The notes under the pieces are model-generated. The model searched no databases, was not told the origin of the DNA, and worked only from the letters and a program-made list of their open reading frames with translations. Of a DNA stretch of 64,000 nucleotides, positions 1-9,677 are shown in pieces; within the stretch, counting starts at the first letter, position 1; each line of letters starts with the position of its first letter. The position numbers and the translations under genes are program-made. The stretch comes from Actinomycetota bacterium (GTDB taxonomy: Bacteria; Actinomycetota; CADDZG01; JAHWKV01). The stretch is taken from NCBI GenBank assembly GCA_030447305.1, contig JAUJPC010000002.1:384927-448926 (forward strand), in the 5' to 3' direction.

Positions 1-1257
1 CGGGAAGCCCAGTCGGTTGCGTCGCTCAGCCACCCCAACCTGGTGGGCGTCTTCGACATCGGGGCCGACGGGGAATTTCATTACATCGTCATGGAGTACG
101 TCGAGGGGTCCACGCTCGACGTGGCGATCCGGCGGGAAGCCCCTATGGCGGCCGATCGAGTCACCGGAATCACTCTGAGCGTGTGCGAAGGCCTTGGGGT
201 AGCCCACAGCAGGGGCATAGTCCACCGCGACATAAAGCCGGCGAACATCATGATCGAGCCCAACGGCCGGGTGAAGGTGATGGACTTCGGCATTGCCAAG
301 ACGAAGATCGAGGGGCTGACCCAGGTAGGGGCGGTGCTCGGAACCGTGAGGTACCTGGCGCCGGAGCAGGCCTACGCGGCACCGGTCGATCGCCGTGCGG
401 ACATCTATGCGCTCGGCTGCGTCATGTACGAGATGCTCACCGGACGGCCCCCCATTAGCGGCGACAGCCTCATCGAGATCGCCAACAAGCTGATGACCGA
501 GCAGCCGCCGCCCCCATCGGCGCTCGTCCCGGAGGTTCCGGCCGGTCTGGAGCGGGTGGTGATGAAAGCGCTCGCCAAGAATCCCGATAACCGGTACTCC
601 GACACCGACTCGATGCGGCTTGACCTGGGCGGCCTCGCACCGGCGGGGGCCGCGGCCGCGGGGGCGGACGCCACAGCGGTTTCCGGGTCGAGCTCCACCG
701 TTGTGCAGACGCGGCCGGAGCGGACCCAGGTGATGCCGGGAGGCCCGGCCGGAGAGCCGCCTCGGCGGCTCGGGCTTTTGGTGCTGGGCGTCCTGCTCCT
801 TGCAGGAGGCGCCATCGCGCTGGTATCCGACCGCTTGGGATCCGACTCGCCGACTCAGACACCCAGTCCCCTCCCCCTGGAGTCACCGTCTCCCGCCTTC
901 TCGCCTGCTCCCCCCCGGTTGCCGGCGCCGGCGCCGTCTCCAACCCCCCCTTCCGAGGGCGGGGCGAACACGGCCCGGGACCAGGCGCTGCAGACCTCTG
1001 AGGCTAGGATCGAGAGCATCCTGCGTGGCGGGGTTCAGTCCGGGGAGGTGTCCGACCGGGCAGAGGACCAGATACTCGCCGAGGTGGGGAAGGTGGTATC
1101 CGAGAACGAGAAAGGCGACGTCGACGATGCGCTGGACGCCGTAGAGGAGGCCCGCGAGGAGGTGGCCAAGTACGTCGAGCGCGACGAGGTGTCGCCATCC
1201 ATTGCCGCCGGCGTGAATGGCCAGCTCGATGAGATGGCGCAAGCGCTTGCGTCCTGA
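1..1257 (+). CDS. Ser/Thr protein kinase (PknB-like), 5'-partial, with TM segment and Pro-rich extracellular tail
   Basis: ORF 43..1257 stays open in frame back to position 1 (HPNLVGVFD); motifs HRDIKPANIM, DFGIAK, APE; hydrophobic LGLLVLGVLLLAGGAIALV. Confidence 0.85.
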   Translation, partial: REAQSVASLSHPNLVGVFDIGADGEFHYIVMEYVEGSTLDVAIRREAPMAADRVTGITLSVCEGLGVAHSRGIVHRDIKPANIMIEPNGRVKVMDFGIAKTKIEGLTQVGAVLGTVRYLAPEQAYAAPVDRRADIYALGCVMYEMLTGRPPISGDSLIEIANKLMTEQPPPPSALVPEVPAGLERVVMKALAKNPDNRYSDTDSMRLDLGGLAPAGAAAAGADATAVSGSSSTVVQTRPERTQVMPGGPAGEPPRRLGLLVLGVLLLAGGAIALVSDRLGSDSPTQTPSPLPLESPSPAFSPAPPRLPAPAPSPTPPSEGGANTARDQALQTSEARIESILRGGVQSGEVSDRAEDQILAEVGKVVSENEKGDVDDALDAVEEAREEVAKYVERDEVSPSIAAGVNGQLDEMAQALAS

Positions 1258-1699
1258 CTCCGGGCCGGCACGCCGGTGGTGGCCGGTCATCCTCCTCGGG
1301 GTGATGGCGCCGGCAGCCCTCGCGGCATTTTTCTACCTCCGCAGCGTGCAGCCATCCGGGATATCCGGGGGCGGCACGCGGGTTTCCGATGAGCAACTTC
1401 AGGACACGTACGCCGAGCTCTGCCGCACACGGGCTCTTGCGGCGACCGACCTCCCCGCTGCCCGCGATCTGTTTTTCGGACGGGTCCACTCGCCGCTTCA
1501 TGCGATCGCCCAGGCGGCTGAGGAGGTCGACCGGCCAGCCGCCGCCAGCATGCTGGAGGCTAAGAACGACGTCGAGCGGGCGCTCAATGAGCACGTACCC
1601 GCTACCGACACTGCTGCGGCGTTGGACCGTTTGGTGACTTCGACCACGGAGGCCTTAAGATCGGTAGGAGTGACCACTTCCGGCTGCGAGATCCCCTGA
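1217..1699 (+). CDS. hypothetical membrane-anchored protein; start uncertain (GTG 1301 or ATG 1304 possible)
   Basis: ORF with one N-terminal hydrophobic segment; overlaps kinase 3' end; no recognisable family. Confidence 0.3.
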   Translation: MASSMRWRKRLRPDSGPARRWWPVILLGVMAPAALAAFFYLRSVQPSGISGGGTRVSDEQLQDTYAELCRTRALAATDLPAARDLFFGRVHSPLHAIAQAAEEVDRPAAASMLEAKNDVERALNEHVPATDTAAALDRLVTSTTEALRSVGVTTSGCEIP

Positions 1700-1704
1700 A
1701 GAAC

Positions 1705-2676
1705 GTGAACCGCAAGCTCCAGGCCCTGGCGGGTTTGTTCGCGTTCTTGCTCCTGGCCTCAGGGTGCAACTCGGGTTCGTCCGATCCGGCAACGTCCAGC
1801 GCAACCGATGGCGACCAGCTCGCACCGCAGGTTGCCAGCTATGACCTCGCGGTCGGCAAGCAGAGGTTCCTGGTGGGCCTTTTGTCGCAGGACACCGAGC
1901 TGGTGGGCGGAGGAACGGTGAACTTCAAATTCGCCTACTTGGGCACTCGGTCCGAGCAAACGGCCGGCGAGGTGGTCGCCGAGTCCAAGGCCGCCTACCT
2001 TCCCATCCCCGCCGAGGCCGGTGGCCCGGAGCCGGAGGTGCCGGACAAACCGTCCATTCTGTCGGGCACCCGAGGAAGCGGCGTGTACTCCACCGATGCC
2101 ACCTTCGACCGGGCGGGATTTTGGGGTGTGGTCATTGAAGCCGATGTTGAAGGCAAGGGGCGGTGGACCGGACGGTCCACCTTCGAGGTGTTCGACAAAC
2201 ACCGCTTTCCCTGGATCGGCGAGGAGGCACCCCGCAGCGAGAATCTGACCGTCGACTCTACCGACGCTCCCCGCAGCGCAATCGATTCTCGAGCCCGGGG
2301 AGGCCAGGATGTTCCCGACCCAGAGCTCCACGGAATGACCGTCGCCGCCAGCATTGCCTCCGGCAAGCCCACTCTGCTGGTGGTGTCCACGCCCACCTAC
2401 TGCGTCAGCCGCTTCTGCGGCCCCATCACCGACATGGTCCAGGGCCTGTCGAAGGAGTACTCGAACGAGGCCAACTTCGTGCATATCGAGGTGTGGCGGG
2501 ACTTCGAGCGCAAGGAGGTCAACCGAGCAGCTGCCGAATGGGCCTTTCGCGATGACTCTGTGACGGAGCCCTGGGTGTTTCTAATCGGAGCCGACGGCAA
2601 GATATCCGGTCGATGGGACAACGTGGCCACGAGGAGAGAGATCGAGCCCGCACTGAAGGCTCTAAAAGCCTCGTGA
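1705..2676 (+). CDS. putative lipoprotein with thioredoxin-like C-terminal domain
   Basis: Signal peptide with lipobox-like LLASGC; Cys pair in TPTYCVSRFCGP; GTG start. Confidence 0.5.
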   Translation: MNRKLQALAGLFAFLLLASGCNSGSSDPATSSATDGDQLAPQVASYDLAVGKQRFLVGLLSQDTELVGGGTVNFKFAYLGTRSEQTAGEVVAESKAAYLPIPAEAGGPEPEVPDKPSILSGTRGSGVYSTDATFDRAGFWGVVIEADVEGKGRWTGRSTFEVFDKHRFPWIGEEAPRSENLTVDSTDAPRSAIDSRARGGQDVPDPELHGMTVAASIASGKPTLLVVSTPTYCVSRFCGPITDMVQGLSKEYSNEANFVHIEVWRDFERKEVNRAAAEWAFRDDSVTEPWVFLIGADGKISGRWDNVATRREIEPALKALKAS

Positions 2677-2695
2677 CTGAAGGACGTCGCTCACC

Positions 2696-4888
2696 TTGAC
2701 CTCCACACCGCCGCAAACCCCAACGCACACCCGTCCCTCGGGCAACCAGAACGACCGTGGGATGCTGGCCCCCAGCTTCACGCTGCTGAGGCTGCGGGGA
2801 ATCCGCATCGGGGCCCACTGGTCCTGGCTGGTGGTATTCGGCCTTGTCGCGTGGTCCTTAGCGCGAAGGGTCTTCCCGCTGGCCTATCCCGGACTGGGCG
2901 GCCGGTCCTATCTGGGGATGGCGCTGGTGTCGGCAGTGGTCTTTTTCATCTGCATTCTTCTGCACGAGCTCGGTCACGCCTTCCGGGCACTCAAGGAGGG
3001 CATGAAGATCAATGACATCACCCTCTGGTTATTCGGCGGCGTGGCCCGATTCGAAGGGATGTTCCCCTCGGCGGGAGCCGAGTTCCGAATTGTGGCCGCC
3101 GGACCGTTGGTTTCGGTGGGGTTGGTGGGCGTCTTTGCCGGTCTCACCTGGGTGGGGGGCATGACCGGAGTGCCACCGGAGATACGTGGGGTGTGTGACT
3201 ACCTTGCCCGCATCAACCTGGTCGTCGTCATCTTCAATCTGGTACCGGCCCTTCCGCTCGACGGGGGCCGAATCCTGAGGGCCTGGTTGTGGAGCCGTAA
3301 GGGCAACTTCACGGGGGCCACGATATCCGCCGCCCGGGTAGGCAAGGGATTTGCGTACGTTTTGATGGCAGTCGGAGCGTATGAGTTCTTCGGCACCTAC
3401 GTAACCGGCGGCATCTGGCTCATCGTTATGGGTTGGTTCTTGTTGCAGGCGGCCCAGGCCGAGCAGAACTACGCGGTGGTCCGCCGGGCGTTCCAGGACA
3501 TGACGGTTGCTAACCTCATGACCCCCAACCCGGTTGTCGTCCCCTCCGATACGACACTTGACGAGTTCCTGAGCTTGGTCCAGAGCAGGGGCCACTCCAC
3601 CTATCCGGTGGTCGACGAGGGTGCACTGAAGGGCATGGTGTCCTTGAGAATGGCAGCCGATGTTCTTCCGGAACGGAGGTCTCACGCCAAGGTGGCGGAT
3701 CTCATGATGGAACCTATGGTTTTGGACGCCTCCACTCCCGTGGTGGAGGTCATCGAGCCGCTACGCATGCCTCCCGGCCGTGCCCTCGTCGTCGACGACG
3801 GCCGGGTAGCCGGGATCCTATCCATCGCGGACGTGATCAAGGCACTCGAGATTCGCCAGGCCACCACCGATGTTGAAAGCGGCGACCGGCGCCGCAACCG
3901 GGGAGTCATCTGGGTCGCGGCGGCGGTTCTGCTTCCCATCGTCGCTGTGATCTACCATCCTCCCGTCGTAGTCGTCTCGCCGGCCCCCGCCATCGACGTC
4001 ACCAACGACGTAAGGATCGACGGCGTCCCGGTAACAGATCTAAGCGGCCGTTACCTGCTGGTGGCGGTTCAGGTAGGGCGCCCCAACGCAATTCGTGCAG
4101 CGATTTCGTACCTCAATCCGGAGGTCCAGGTGGTTCCTCAGAGAGAGGTTCTGCCGGAGGGAGTCTCCGAAGCGGAATACCTGCGTGGTCAGGAGAGAGT
4201 TTTCGAGGAGAGCCAGAAGGCGGCGGCCGCCGCGGCCGCCCGGGCTGCCGGTCTGGAAGTAACGCTGAACGGCGCGGGGGCTCAGGTCATGGACATCGCG
4301 GAGGGATCTCCCGCCGAGGGAAAGTTGAGGGTGGGGGACGTAATAGTATCGGTCGACGGACAACCCATCCGCCTGGTCTCGGATCTCCTCGGCTTCACCA
4401 CTGTTCGTCCGGCCGGCACGGAGTTCGAGATGACCGTTCAGCGGGGTTCTGGAACCCGTACCGTTAATGTGCGCAACGCGCGGCTTCGAGGGTTCAACTC
4501 CACCAACACCGGAGTGGGCATAGTCGCCACCACCAAGGATCTGGACGTGAAACTTCCTTTTGAGGCGGAGTTCAAGAACCGTAGCATCGGGGGCCCTTCC
4601 GCCGGGCTGGTTTATGCGCTAGCGATCGCCGACATGCTTGATCCCGCCGATGTGGCGGAGAACCGGGATATCGCAGCCAGCGGAACCATTCAGCTGGACG
4701 GCCGGGTGGGTCCGGTCGGCGGCTTGCAGGACAAGCTGAGGGCCGCTGATGAAACCGGTGCCGACATCTTCCTTGTGCCCCAGAGTGAGCTGGACGACGT
4801 GTCCCTGCCCAACCGGCAGAGCGGGGTAAGGACCCTCGGCGTTGAAGATCTGGAGGATGCCATGGGCGTTCTGACCGGCCGGGTCTGA
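2696..4888 (+). CDS. site-2 protease (M50) with CBS pair, fused to TM-PDZ-Lon-like (S16, YlbL-type) module
   Basis: HELGH zinc motif in polytopic N-terminus; CBS-like region; second TM anchor; PDZ-like region; Lon-type serine motif SIGGPSAGLVYALAIADML; continuous 730 aa ORF. Confidence 0.7.
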   Translation: MTSTPPQTPTHTRPSGNQNDRGMLAPSFTLLRLRGIRIGAHWSWLVVFGLVAWSLARRVFPLAYPGLGGRSYLGMALVSAVVFFICILLHELGHAFRALKEGMKINDITLWLFGGVARFEGMFPSAGAEFRIVAAGPLVSVGLVGVFAGLTWVGGMTGVPPEIRGVCDYLARINLVVVIFNLVPALPLDGGRILRAWLWSRKGNFTGATISAARVGKGFAYVLMAVGAYEFFGTYVTGGIWLIVMGWFLLQAAQAEQNYAVVRRAFQDMTVANLMTPNPVVVPSDTTLDEFLSLVQSRGHSTYPVVDEGALKGMVSLRMAADVLPERRSHAKVADLMMEPMVLDASTPVVEVIEPLRMPPGRALVVDDGRVAGILSIADVIKALEIRQATTDVESGDRRRNRGVIWVAAAVLLPIVAVIYHPPVVVVSPAPAIDVTNDVRIDGVPVTDLSGRYLLVAVQVGRPNAIRAAISYLNPEVQVVPQREVLPEGVSEAEYLRGQERVFEESQKAAAAAAARAAGLEVTLNGAGAQVMDIAEGSPAEGKLRVGDVIVSVDGQPIRLVSDLLGFTTVRPAGTEFEMTVQRGSGTRTVNVRNARLRGFNSTNTGVGIVATTKDLDVKLPFEAEFKNRSIGGPSAGLVYALAIADMLDPADVAENRDIAASGTIQLDGRVGPVGGLQDKLRAADETGADIFLVPQSELDDVSLPNRQSGVRTLGVEDLEDAMGVLTGRV

Positions 4889-4902
4889 CTCCGGCCGCGA
4901 TA

Positions 4903-4926
4903 ATGGACCCGGTTGCCCGGGTCCAT
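4903..4926. terminator. hairpin between convergent genes (10 bp stem, no clear U-tract)
   Basis: ATGGACCCGG ttgc CCGGGTCCAT perfect inverted repeat between M50 fusion gene end and hsp20 end. Confidence 0.4.
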
Positions 4927-4945
4927 CGCCGGCTGAGAGTCCGCG

Positions 4946-5383
4946 TCAGTCGGTGCTTCGGACCTCGATCCGCTGCGGCTTGGCCTGCTCCATCTTCGGA
5001 ACTTCGATGGTGAGCAGTCCGTTGCTCATGGTGGCGTTGATCTTGGTCGAGTCACACTTCGGCGGCAGAGCTATTCGCCTCCCGAAGGGTCCGTAACGCC
5101 TTTCCACCCTGCGGTAGGCCTCCTGGTTGATGGGCTCGGCGAACCTACGGTCGCCCTTGAGGGTGAGCACGTCGTTCTCTACGGTGATGTCCACGTCGGC
5201 CGTTTGAACGCCCGGTAACTCTACGATGATCTGAAACTTTTCAGGGGTTTCCAGGATGTCGACGGCCGGTGACCATACGCCCTTCATCGCGGACTCGGCG
5301 GTTCCAAGCAGCCTGCTAACCTCGCCGCCGGCCTCGAACAGGTCCTGTAGGGGATCCCACCTTCTTGCCAACGACGCTTCCAT
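4946..5383 (-). CDS. Hsp20/alpha-crystallin family small heat shock protein
   Basis: Alpha-crystallin domain (FQIIVELPGV...LTLKG...GLLTIEVPK); start moved to internal ATG preceded by AGGAGG. Confidence 0.85.
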   Translation of the reverse strand: MEASLARRWDPLQDLFEAGGEVSRLLGTAESAMKGVWSPAVDILETPEKFQIIVELPGVQTADVDITVENDVLTLKGDRRFAEPINQEAYRRVERRYGPFGRRIALPPKCDSTKINATMSNGLLTIEVPKMEQAKPQRIEVRSTD

Positions 5384-5420
5384 TTGCGGCTCCTCCTTTC
5401 GAGACTCGTGTCCTGACTCC

Positions 5421-5449
5421 AGGGTAAAACCTGATACTAGACCTGTCAA
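5421..5449 (-). promoter_or_regulatory. candidate promoter for hsp20 (-35 TTGACA, 17 nt spacer, weak -10 TACCCT)
   Basis: Read on minus strand; about 30 nt upstream of RBS and ATG. Confidence 0.25.
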
Positions 5450-5530
5450 GTTTAATGATGCCTTCGTCAGCATAATTTTGTTGGGCCGAACACTTGCGGT
5501 GGAGCCGGAATTGGCCGAGGATGGCTACTG

Positions 5531-6322
5531 GTGGAACCATCTATCAAGACGCCGCCCGGCCGCTCTCTCGACGCCACGGTAATGGCTGCTGCCAAGGCCT
5601 TGTGCCTGATCGGCTTTCCGGCCATTCCGATGTTTGTCTACCTCAGCAACAAACACCCCTCCCTGGACGGGAGCGGCGCGGCCCAGCAGATCGGCCAGCT
5701 GGCGGACGCGGCCGGCACGTGGGCACAGGTCCACTTCGCATTCAGCGTTGGGGGCTTCCTGGGCCTTGCTGTGGTGTTGATCCTGCGAGGAGAGGTGGCC
5801 GAGAGGGCTCCGCAGCTATGGACGAACGCAGCCGCGGCCGTCGGAGTGGTGGGAGGCGTAATCTTTACCGGCACCGTCTTGATGGAGGTGACGGTGATAC
5901 CGGCGCTCTCCACCGCATGTGCCGCCTCGCCCGCCTGTCTGGGTCCCGACAACGCGGTCATGGTCGACGCCCTGGCCGATCAGGGCTGGAGGGTGCTTCC
6001 GGGTTTGACGGTGGGCGGCAGGACGTTGATGGTTGGGCTGGCTCTGCTGGCCCTGCTTGGAGTGCTGTACGGCTCGCTGAGGAAGTGGGAGGGCGCTGCG
6101 CTGTTCTTCGGAGCAGTGCTGGAGATAGTAGCCAACACCGGACTGCACGCCTGGGGGAACTTCCGGCTGGCCAGCGGCATGCCCGGAATGGCTGCGCTGG
6201 CCATTCTCGCCGCCGGATGCGGCATTGCCTACAGGTTGTTCAAGAGAGTGAACTCCGGAACCGGCGAACCGGGATCCCGTGGGGTTCAGGCGCCGCCACC
6301 GACTGAAAGCGTCCCGAGCTAG
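5531..6322 (+). CDS. hypothetical polytopic membrane protein
   Basis: Multiple hydrophobic segments; GC-rich third codon positions; start may be a downstream Met. Confidence 0.5.
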   Translation: MEPSIKTPPGRSLDATVMAAAKALCLIGFPAIPMFVYLSNKHPSLDGSGAAQQIGQLADAAGTWAQVHFAFSVGGFLGLAVVLILRGEVAERAPQLWTNAAAAVGVVGGVIFTGTVLMEVTVIPALSTACAASPACLGPDNAVMVDALADQGWRVLPGLTVGGRTLMVGLALLALLGVLYGSLRKWEGAALFFGAVLEIVANTGLHAWGNFRLASGMPGMAALAILAAGCGIAYRLFKRVNSGTGEPGSRGVQAPPPTESVPS

Positions 6323-6336
6323 CCGGAACCCGCAGG

Positions 6337-6960
6337 TTAACCGGTTTCGTACTCGTAGATCCGGCGGTCCAGCTCGCGGGCAGAGATACCCAGCTGCTGG
6401 GAGGCCCTCTCCACCACGTCGACTATCTCCGAGTCCGGTACGAGACGCTCCATGGCGTCGCAGACGAAGCTCCTGAGATGAGGCGCCGGCCTGATCGGTC
6501 CGTAGCCCTGCCGGGTGAGTATCGCTTCGTAAACTGCCAGGTTTAGTCCTTTCACGCGGCCCATGAAGTCACGGTAGGCGCTCGTCTTGGCCCAGTGGCT
6601 CAAGAATTCCTGATTGACCACTCCGCGGGCTTCGAAGTACCGGATCAGGTTGCGAAGCTCACTCACCCTGCGGGCGGCCTTGAAACCCCACAGGTCCGAC
6701 CCGCACTTGAGGTTCCCCTCGGGTGTGTCCGGGTAACGGGCCAGAAACGCCTTCAGGTCGTCAAGGTTACGGATCTCATCCCACCAACGGTCGCGGTAGG
6801 TCAGCAGAGCGGCGCGGACGTTCTCGGCCTTGGACTTGTAGTCTAGAACGGTCAGGAAAAGGTTGGTTATGTAGTCCTTCTGCACGTAGACGCCGCGCGC
6901 GGGAGGCAGCCCGCGACAAAGATATGCAAAGGCTCGGATTTCTTCGTCAGATACTCCCAC
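6337..6960 (-). CDS. hypothetical protein (start set to GTG at 6960 after GGAGGG; track ORF extends to 7347)
   Basis: Long ORF whose 5' part overlaps plus-strand ORF 7072..7509; internal GTG with Shine-Dalgarno chosen. Confidence 0.4.
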   Translation of the reverse strand: MGVSDEEIRAFAYLCRGLPPARGVYVQKDYITNLFLTVLDYKSKAENVRAALLTYRDRWWDEIRNLDDLKAFLARYPDTPEGNLKCGSDLWGFKAARRVSELRNLIRYFEARGVVNQEFLSHWAKTSAYRDFMGRVKGLNLAVYEAILTRQGYGPIRPAPHLRSFVCDAMERLVPDSEIVDVVERASQQLGISARELDRRIYEYETG

Positions 6961-7071
6961 AGCGCCCTCCGACCGGAAAATGAGACGCTTCGTTCGGGCG
7001 ATCAGTATAGGAAGGGCTGCCAGGCATCGCGCGTCTATCCGGCAAGAAAGAGCCCAAGTATCTTTAGGTCC

Positions 7072-7509
7072 ATGACCCGAGCCTTTTTCGACCAGATAGA
7101 CGACGAGGTCAGGGGAATGGTAGGTCCGGCCCTGCGAAACTTCAACTCCGAACGCTCGGGCAGGCTGATCAAGATCTGGTACTCGGATCCTGCGGTTCAC
7201 TTCGAGGTTCAGCGGCTTTCCGGCACCTGGGCACCGGGCAATAAGCCGTGCCTGGAGATAGGACTTCACCTGGAGGCGAAGAACGGCAAGCAAAACGAAC
7301 AGATCCTCGGCCGACTGCTGGCCGCCCGGAACCGATGGGGTGCCCATCTCGAGGCGGCGGAGCCGGGGAAGGCCTTCGGGCCGATGTCGGCCGGATGGAG
7401 AAGAGTCTCCGAGGTGGTCGACCTTCCCGCTATGGACGAAGACTTCGCCGGCGAGGTGGCCGAGCGGTTCGCCGCTTACATAAGAGCGCTGTATCCGCTG
7501 ATCGGCTAG
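7072..7509 (+). CDS. hypothetical protein
   Basis: 145 aa ORF with protein-like composition, divergent from 6337..6960. Confidence 0.4.
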   Translation: MTRAFFDQIDDEVRGMVGPALRNFNSERSGRLIKIWYSDPAVHFEVQRLSGTWAPGNKPCLEIGLHLEAKNGKQNEQILGRLLAARNRWGAHLEAAEPGKAFGPMSAGWRRVSEVVDLPAMDEDFAGEVAERFAAYIRALYPLIG

Positions 7510-7512
7510 CGG

Positions 7513-8304
7513 CTAGTGGTACGAGTGCGCATCGTCGGGGAAGCGGCCGCCCTCAACGTCGTCCCGGAACGATTGGACGGCCTCGGTAATCGTTTGTCGA
7601 AGGTCGGCGTAGGCCTTCACGAACTTCGGAGGCGTCTCCGACCCCATGCCGAGGAGGTCGGTGATCACCATTACCTGACCGTCGCACCCGGAGCCGGCCC
7701 CGATACCGATCGTCGGGATGGCGAGCGACCGGCTGATGGCCGTCGCCAGATCGGCCGGGATGGCCTCCAGGAACAGCGCCGATGCCCCGGCCTTCTCCAT
7801 GCTCAGGGCATCGGAGTGCAGGCGGTCGGCAGCTTCAGGGGTACGGGCCTGGACGCGATATCCACCTAGAGCATGAACCGACTGAGGAGTGAGGCCGAGG
7901 TGAGCCATCACGGGTATGCCGTGCTCCACCAGCGCCTGAGTCAGCTGCAGGCGCGGCCCTTCCAGCTTCACGGCGTGCGCGCCGGCTTCCTTCAGGAAAC
8001 GGACGCCGTTGCGGAATCCTTCCTCCACGGATCCCTGGTAGCTGCCAAACGGCATGTCGGCGACGACCATTGCGCTACGGGCACCCCGGGCAACGGCTGC
8101 GGTGTGGTGGAGCATCTGCTCCATCGTCACCGGCAGAGTGGTCTCGTATCCGAGGACCACCTGGCCCAGCGTATCCCCCACCAAAAGAATCGGGATCCCG
8201 GCCTGATCGAGGATCGATGCAGTCAAAAAGTCGTACGCGGTCAGCACGGGGAATCGCCGGTTTTCAGTCTTGAAACGTGACAGGTCGCGAACGGTTACGC
8301 GCAT
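7513..8304 (-). CDS. panB: 3-methyl-2-oxobutanoate hydroxymethyltransferase
   Basis: Full-length match to PanB family (VLTAYDF, LLVGDTLG, GIGAGSGCDGQVMV). Confidence 0.9.
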   Translation of the reverse strand: MRVTVRDLSRFKTENRRFPVLTAYDFLTASILDQAGIPILLVGDTLGQVVLGYETTLPVTMEQMLHHTAAVARGARSAMVVADMPFGSYQGSVEEGFRNGVRFLKEAGAHAVKLEGPRLQLTQALVEHGIPVMAHLGLTPQSVHALGGYRVQARTPEAADRLHSDALSMEKAGASALFLEAIPADLATAISRSLAIPTIGIGAGSGCDGQVMVITDLLGMGSETPPKFVKAYADLRQTITEAVQSFRDDVEGGRFPDDAHSYH

Positions 8305-8470
8305 GGGGGTCCTCCTTCCGGTCCCGGGGCCTCGTGGCCTCCAAGCCTCAGTGAAGTTTAGCGTCCAGGGGCGAACTAGGGGCCTTCGGAGATATCATTG
8401 GAGTAGCGATCATTTGTTTTTGGGCCCTTTCCATGGCCCTTTTCTGACCAGCGAGGAAGCTTCAGTGACT

Positions 8471-8827
8471 ATGCGAGTTGCCGTACTTTGTTGGGAGGAG
8501 AGCCGTCCCTGGGTCAGCTCCCTGCGCCAGAGTGGGTTCAGTGTGCCGTGGGTCGAGGAGCCAAAGGGTGATGTTCATCGCCAGGTGGCCGGCATCGAGC
8601 CGGACGTGCTCGTGGTCGACCTTACCCGGCATCCCGAGCAGGGCGTCGACATGGTCGGCGTCCTGGCCGGCGAGGGCAGCCTCGACGGCGTTCCGGTGGT
8701 GCTGGTTACCCGGGAGGGCGGCAGTCCCGACGGTCTGGAGGGCAAGGTTGGCCACCTGACCGTCACAACGCCGAAGAAGATGGTCTCCGCAGTACAGGCT
8801 GCCCTGGCTCAGCGCCAGAAGATCTAG
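8471..8827 (+). CDS. receiver (CheY-like) domain protein, atypical
   Basis: MRVAVL...VLVVDL...VPVVLVT...K layout; start set to ATG 8471. Confidence 0.4.
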   Translation: MRVAVLCWEESRPWVSSLRQSGFSVPWVEEPKGDVHRQVAGIEPDVLVVDLTRHPEQGVDMVGVLAGEGSLDGVPVVLVTREGGSPDGLEGKVGHLTVTTPKKMVSAVQAALAQRQKI

Positions 8828-8938
8828 GAGCACCGTCCGGCGCTTCGGGCGCCGCTCCGAGGGTGTGCAGCACGTGCGCGTCTGTCGATCGTTCGTGAAA
8901 TCCGCCTTCCCCACACATGCCTGCCCTATCTTGATGCC

Positions 8939-9652
8939 ATGGCAAAAAGGGAAAAGCACGATGTGCAGCGGCCCAGGCCCCGGTTCACCACCCTGCTTCC
9001 GAGCGAGCATCTTCGCAGGACGGCGGTGAAGGCGGGCCGCGAGATGGAGATCGAGCAGACGGATTCCGTGGTCAGCATCGCCCAGGTCCTGGATGAGATC
9101 GACGACGTTGAGAGCCGTGCCGACCTTCAGACGCGGATCGTCATGCTGGAGGAGCAGATCGAGCGCCTCAGCGCCCGCCGGGACGAGGTGGACCAGGCCA
9201 TCGAATCCCAGCTCAGCGTACTGCGGACCACCGTCGAGAGCGCCCTGGAAGCCATTGCGTCTTTGGCCCTGCCCCCACCGGCGCCCGAACTGGCCCCCGA
9301 GGATCTGGACGTCCTGCGCAAAGAGTTCGATGAAAAGCTGATGGAGGCCCGCAGCGATCTGCGGTTCGAGATAGTCAACCTTTCCAAGGAGCTGACGGCC
9401 GCTCCAGTGGGACCTGAGGAGCTGGAGGCGATCCGAGAGGATTTCCAGTCGAGGATCGACGCCTCGGATGAGAGGGCCGCCGCGTCCGCCGCTTACCTCG
9501 AGGACCTCATCAACGCGCAGAGGGAACAGCTTAATTCTCAGAGAGCTCGCCATACCGAGGTCATCCAACGACTCTCCAAGGAACTCGCCGGTTTTGCCGG
9601 GGCCTTGACCGACGCGGGACCCGCGAGCGCGGAGGCCGGCGAACCGGTGTAG
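8939..9652 (+). CDS. hypothetical coiled-coil protein
   Basis: Heptad-rich acidic sequence; GC3-rich frame; antisense 435 aa ORF judged spurious. Confidence 0.45.
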   Translation: MAKREKHDVQRPRPRFTTLLPSEHLRRTAVKAGREMEIEQTDSVVSIAQVLDEIDDVESRADLQTRIVMLEEQIERLSARRDEVDQAIESQLSVLRTTVESALEAIASLALPPPAPELAPEDLDVLRKEFDEKLMEARSDLRFEIVNLSKELTAAPVGPEELEAIREDFQSRIDASDERAAASAAYLEDLINAQREQLNSQRARHTEVIQRLSKELAGFAGALTDAGPASAEAGEPV

Positions 9653-9677
9653 GGCGTCACCATACAATTGAGGGGAA

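Noticed and set aside
5494-6306. 270 aa plus-strand ORF overlapping 5531..6322 in another frame
   Set aside because: The alternative frame encodes a coherent polytopic membrane protein with GC-rich third positions; this frame is Arg/Gly-rich.
6961-7347. 5' extension of minus-strand ORF 6337..7347
   Set aside because: It overlaps the plus-strand ORF 7072..7509; an internal GTG preceded by GGAGGG at 6960 gives a non-overlapping divergent gene pair.
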